From Octopus sinensis (lineage: Eukaryota), in contig NW_021833986.1 in NCBI RefSeq assembly GCF_006345805.1, positions 1 to 52,051 of the forward strand: a stretch of 52,051 nt of DNA, written 5' to 3'. Both the position numbers and the translations under genes were made by a program. The notes beneath the pieces were generated by a model. That model did no database searches. It was not told the DNA's origin and saw only the letters and a program-made list of their open reading frames with translations. This document shows positions 49,615-52,051 of the stretch, piece after piece. The stretch's first letter is position 1. Each line of letters begins with the position of its first letter.

Positions 49615-49955
49615 ATACTTTCGGTGGAGTACCGAAAAGTAACTGGAAAGTTCCCCGTGGGACAAACCCGTTATAGTTCAGGCTTTCACTGCGAGAGGTC
49701 ACTTGATTCAACTCACAGGCGCTGGTCTGACGACAGGCGTCGCCTGTCATGTTCATACTAACACTTGGTACGCCATTGTTTTGGAGGGATTCTTCTTGTC
49801 CATCGGCTTTTGCGATGGGTGAAACGAAGGTAAAGTGTACTTCCGTGAAATTCTGTTTTCTGCTGGGGAAAATGGTCACCGAAACAGTTCTCATGCTTCA
49901 AACAGCTTACAAAGATACTGCCACGAGCAAAACACAAGCTTACGAGAGATTCACA
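49615..49955 (+). pseudogene. mariner 5' end/N-terminal transposase fragment
   Basis: MGETKVKCTSVKFCFLLGKMVTETVLMLQTAYKDTATSKTQAYERF matches the mariner N-terminal HTH pattern (IKFCF.LGK.ATET..ML..AY.D..S..QV.EWF). Confidence 0.8.
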
Positions 49956-50121
49956 CACTGTAGGCCATGTCGGCTTCCTTGTTTATGTGGACACTCCAAC
50001 TTAAGTTATCGTCGACAGTCACACCGAGGTCCCCAGCGGTGTTTGAAGCCGTGAGGTATTCACCTGAAGGATGAATATATGGTTGCTTAAGTGCAGCCCT
50101 CTTTACCAAAGTGGATTAACT

Positions 50122-50256
50122 CAAGCTTGTTCTCGTTCAGTTGCATGCTGTGTTTCTGCGATCATTGGATAATAGCAACTAGGTCCGACTGAAGATTTTT
50201 CCGGTCTCCCATCCTCTCGACAACCTTCAGAATCTTAGAGTCATGTGCGAAAATTT
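50122..50256 (-). pseudogene. CR1/L2-type reverse transcriptase fragment
   Basis: Minus frame IFAHDSKILKVVERMGDRKNLQSDLVAIIQ*SQKHSMQLNENKL corresponds to the FADD motif and the LQ.DL...W...N.M.LN..K block. Confidence 0.8.
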
Positions 50257-50282
50257 TTATACTACTGTATATAAAGACTCTG

Positions 50283-50514
50283 GCGGCGTGCTGGCAGACT
50301 CGTTAGCACGCCGGGCGAAATGCTTAGCGGTATTTCGTCTGTCGTTACGTTCTGAGTTCAAATTCCGCCGAGGTCGACTTTACCTTTCATCCTTTCGGGT
50401 CGATAAATAAAGTACCGGTTTTGCACTGAGGTGGTCGATGTAATCGACTTAATCCGTTTGCCTGTCCTTGTTCGTCCCCTCTATGTTTAGCCCCTTGTGG
50501 GCAATAAAGAAATA
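50283..50514 (+). mobile_element. SINE family D with 15-bp TSD
   Basis: tatataaagactctg at 50268-50282 and 50515-50529. Confidence 0.95.
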
Positions 50515-52051
50515 TATATAAAGACTCTGTTAGAAGATCACACTGCCTTTTTTTTATATCTTACTCAGCCCATCTTTCTATCTGGCCTTCATTTCACTTT
50601 CACATTATAAAACCTGCAACAGCTCGACTTTATATAAAAATTTCATATTCGTGATTGCCTTTTAGGTAAAGGACACGAATTTGTAAAAAAATTATATGAA
50701 ATTTCCCTTATATGAAATTTCCCTACTTTATTGTAAATGCTCCAGAAATTTCTATACTAAGCAGTTTTTTAATATAATAATTTACTAGTACTGTTTAGAT
50801 ATGTAATGAGCAAATTGAAAAGATCCGATGGTACGAGACGCCACATTTTATTTCCCATTCAATTCCCGCTATTAATGATAATTCAGTGTTGCTTGTACTA
50901 CTAAAACTGCTAAAGCGTTACTAATTGTATCAAGTTTGGAAAAGAGAAAATATTCAAGAAATAATTAGACTTGAACAATTTATTTTCAAATATTTTCTTC
51001 ATAAATTGAATGTAATAATATAATAAAAGATAAGTAGAGTAATTTGATAATTATACCTAATATACTGAAACTATATTTTCATGTTGTTGAATGATTGAAA
51101 CGATCGTCGGATATTTGACAGACAGGGACTGCTGGTAGAACTGTTTGATATTAGATTGAAACAGCTACTGGTTTCAGGAATACTATTGTTGCTGTATTTG
51201 TTGATGTATTGATTTAGTTCCAGTTAAATTCATCTCTTAAAAGCAACCGGGATTTATCTAATTATTTTAGTTCTCACTAATTGTCGGTGAGAGATTCGGA
51301 TGAAAACATTTAATGATGGATTCATTGCTATTTCTTACATGGTGAGTAATTGCAAAGTAACTCCCGATTCTAAATTACTAAACAATTATTTATTAATTGT
51401 AATTTGTTCTCAAACCTCATACTAAAATCTTTCCTCTCATATAAACTTTATGGCTAAAATTACAAATAATAAATTGTTTAAAAGTATTTTAAAATAAGGA
51501 ATTACTTTTCAATCACCCTGTAGAGAATCCCTTGTATATAGGGATTATCTATAGATATAAGTATTATCTATAAATAATCCCGGATCTCAAATAGGGTAAC
51601 AATATAAAACGTGGCTATAACAAAGCTTTATACGCAGTATACAATTTTGAAACAGGAATACAAAAACTGATTAAACGAAGGATGCATTTGACCTATATAT
51701 ATAAAACAGATTTGTAATATAGATAAATCTGCAACAAACTATCAAAGCATTTTTCCAATGCCAAAGTAACAATTCTAGAAATAAATGTAGCAATATTGAT
51801 CGCTTGTCATTCAAATATTCTTAGGGCAGACTATTTTACGAGATGCTATTAGCTAAAGAAATTCATCCAGCATCAATTGCAGCTGATTTAAAACTTGTAG
51901 TGTAAAATGCAGGATACATAAAAAATGTCCACATTTACTGACAGAATAAATTGAAAATATATGATGTAGTCAAATCATTTTGATTTTGAACATATACTGA
52001 TATTACTTGTGAAGTGTATCTATGTGTGTACTTAGATTTTTTTGCAATAAT

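Overview
Repeat-dominated, AT-rich animal (non-coding/intronic) DNA, very probably from an octopus (inference from the tRNA-derived SINE families, RTE 3' UTR and extreme (TA)n/(TATG)n/(TATC)n load; not checked against a database). No intact host gene or RNA gene is supported, and almost all ORFs in the supplied track are microsatellite or SINE read-throughs. The window holds about 40 SINE copies of four head types with swapped tails. It also holds decayed transposons of many superfamilies: a full-length Merlin (IS1016/IS1595-like) element with GG termini, an 8-bp TSD and ~650-720-bp TIRs; two copies of a Merlin-like MITE carrying telomere-type repeats; a Ginger/GIN-like integrase; mariner and maT relics; a Mag-like Gypsy LTR element with PBS and 5-bp TSD; RTE and CR1/L2 fragments; and probable Penelope-like termini with degenerate hammerhead motifs. 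The most unusual signal is a recurrent set of fold-back/inverted duplications abutting (TA)n tracts, some of which may be assembly artefacts. Coordinates were read by eye and may be off by a few bases.
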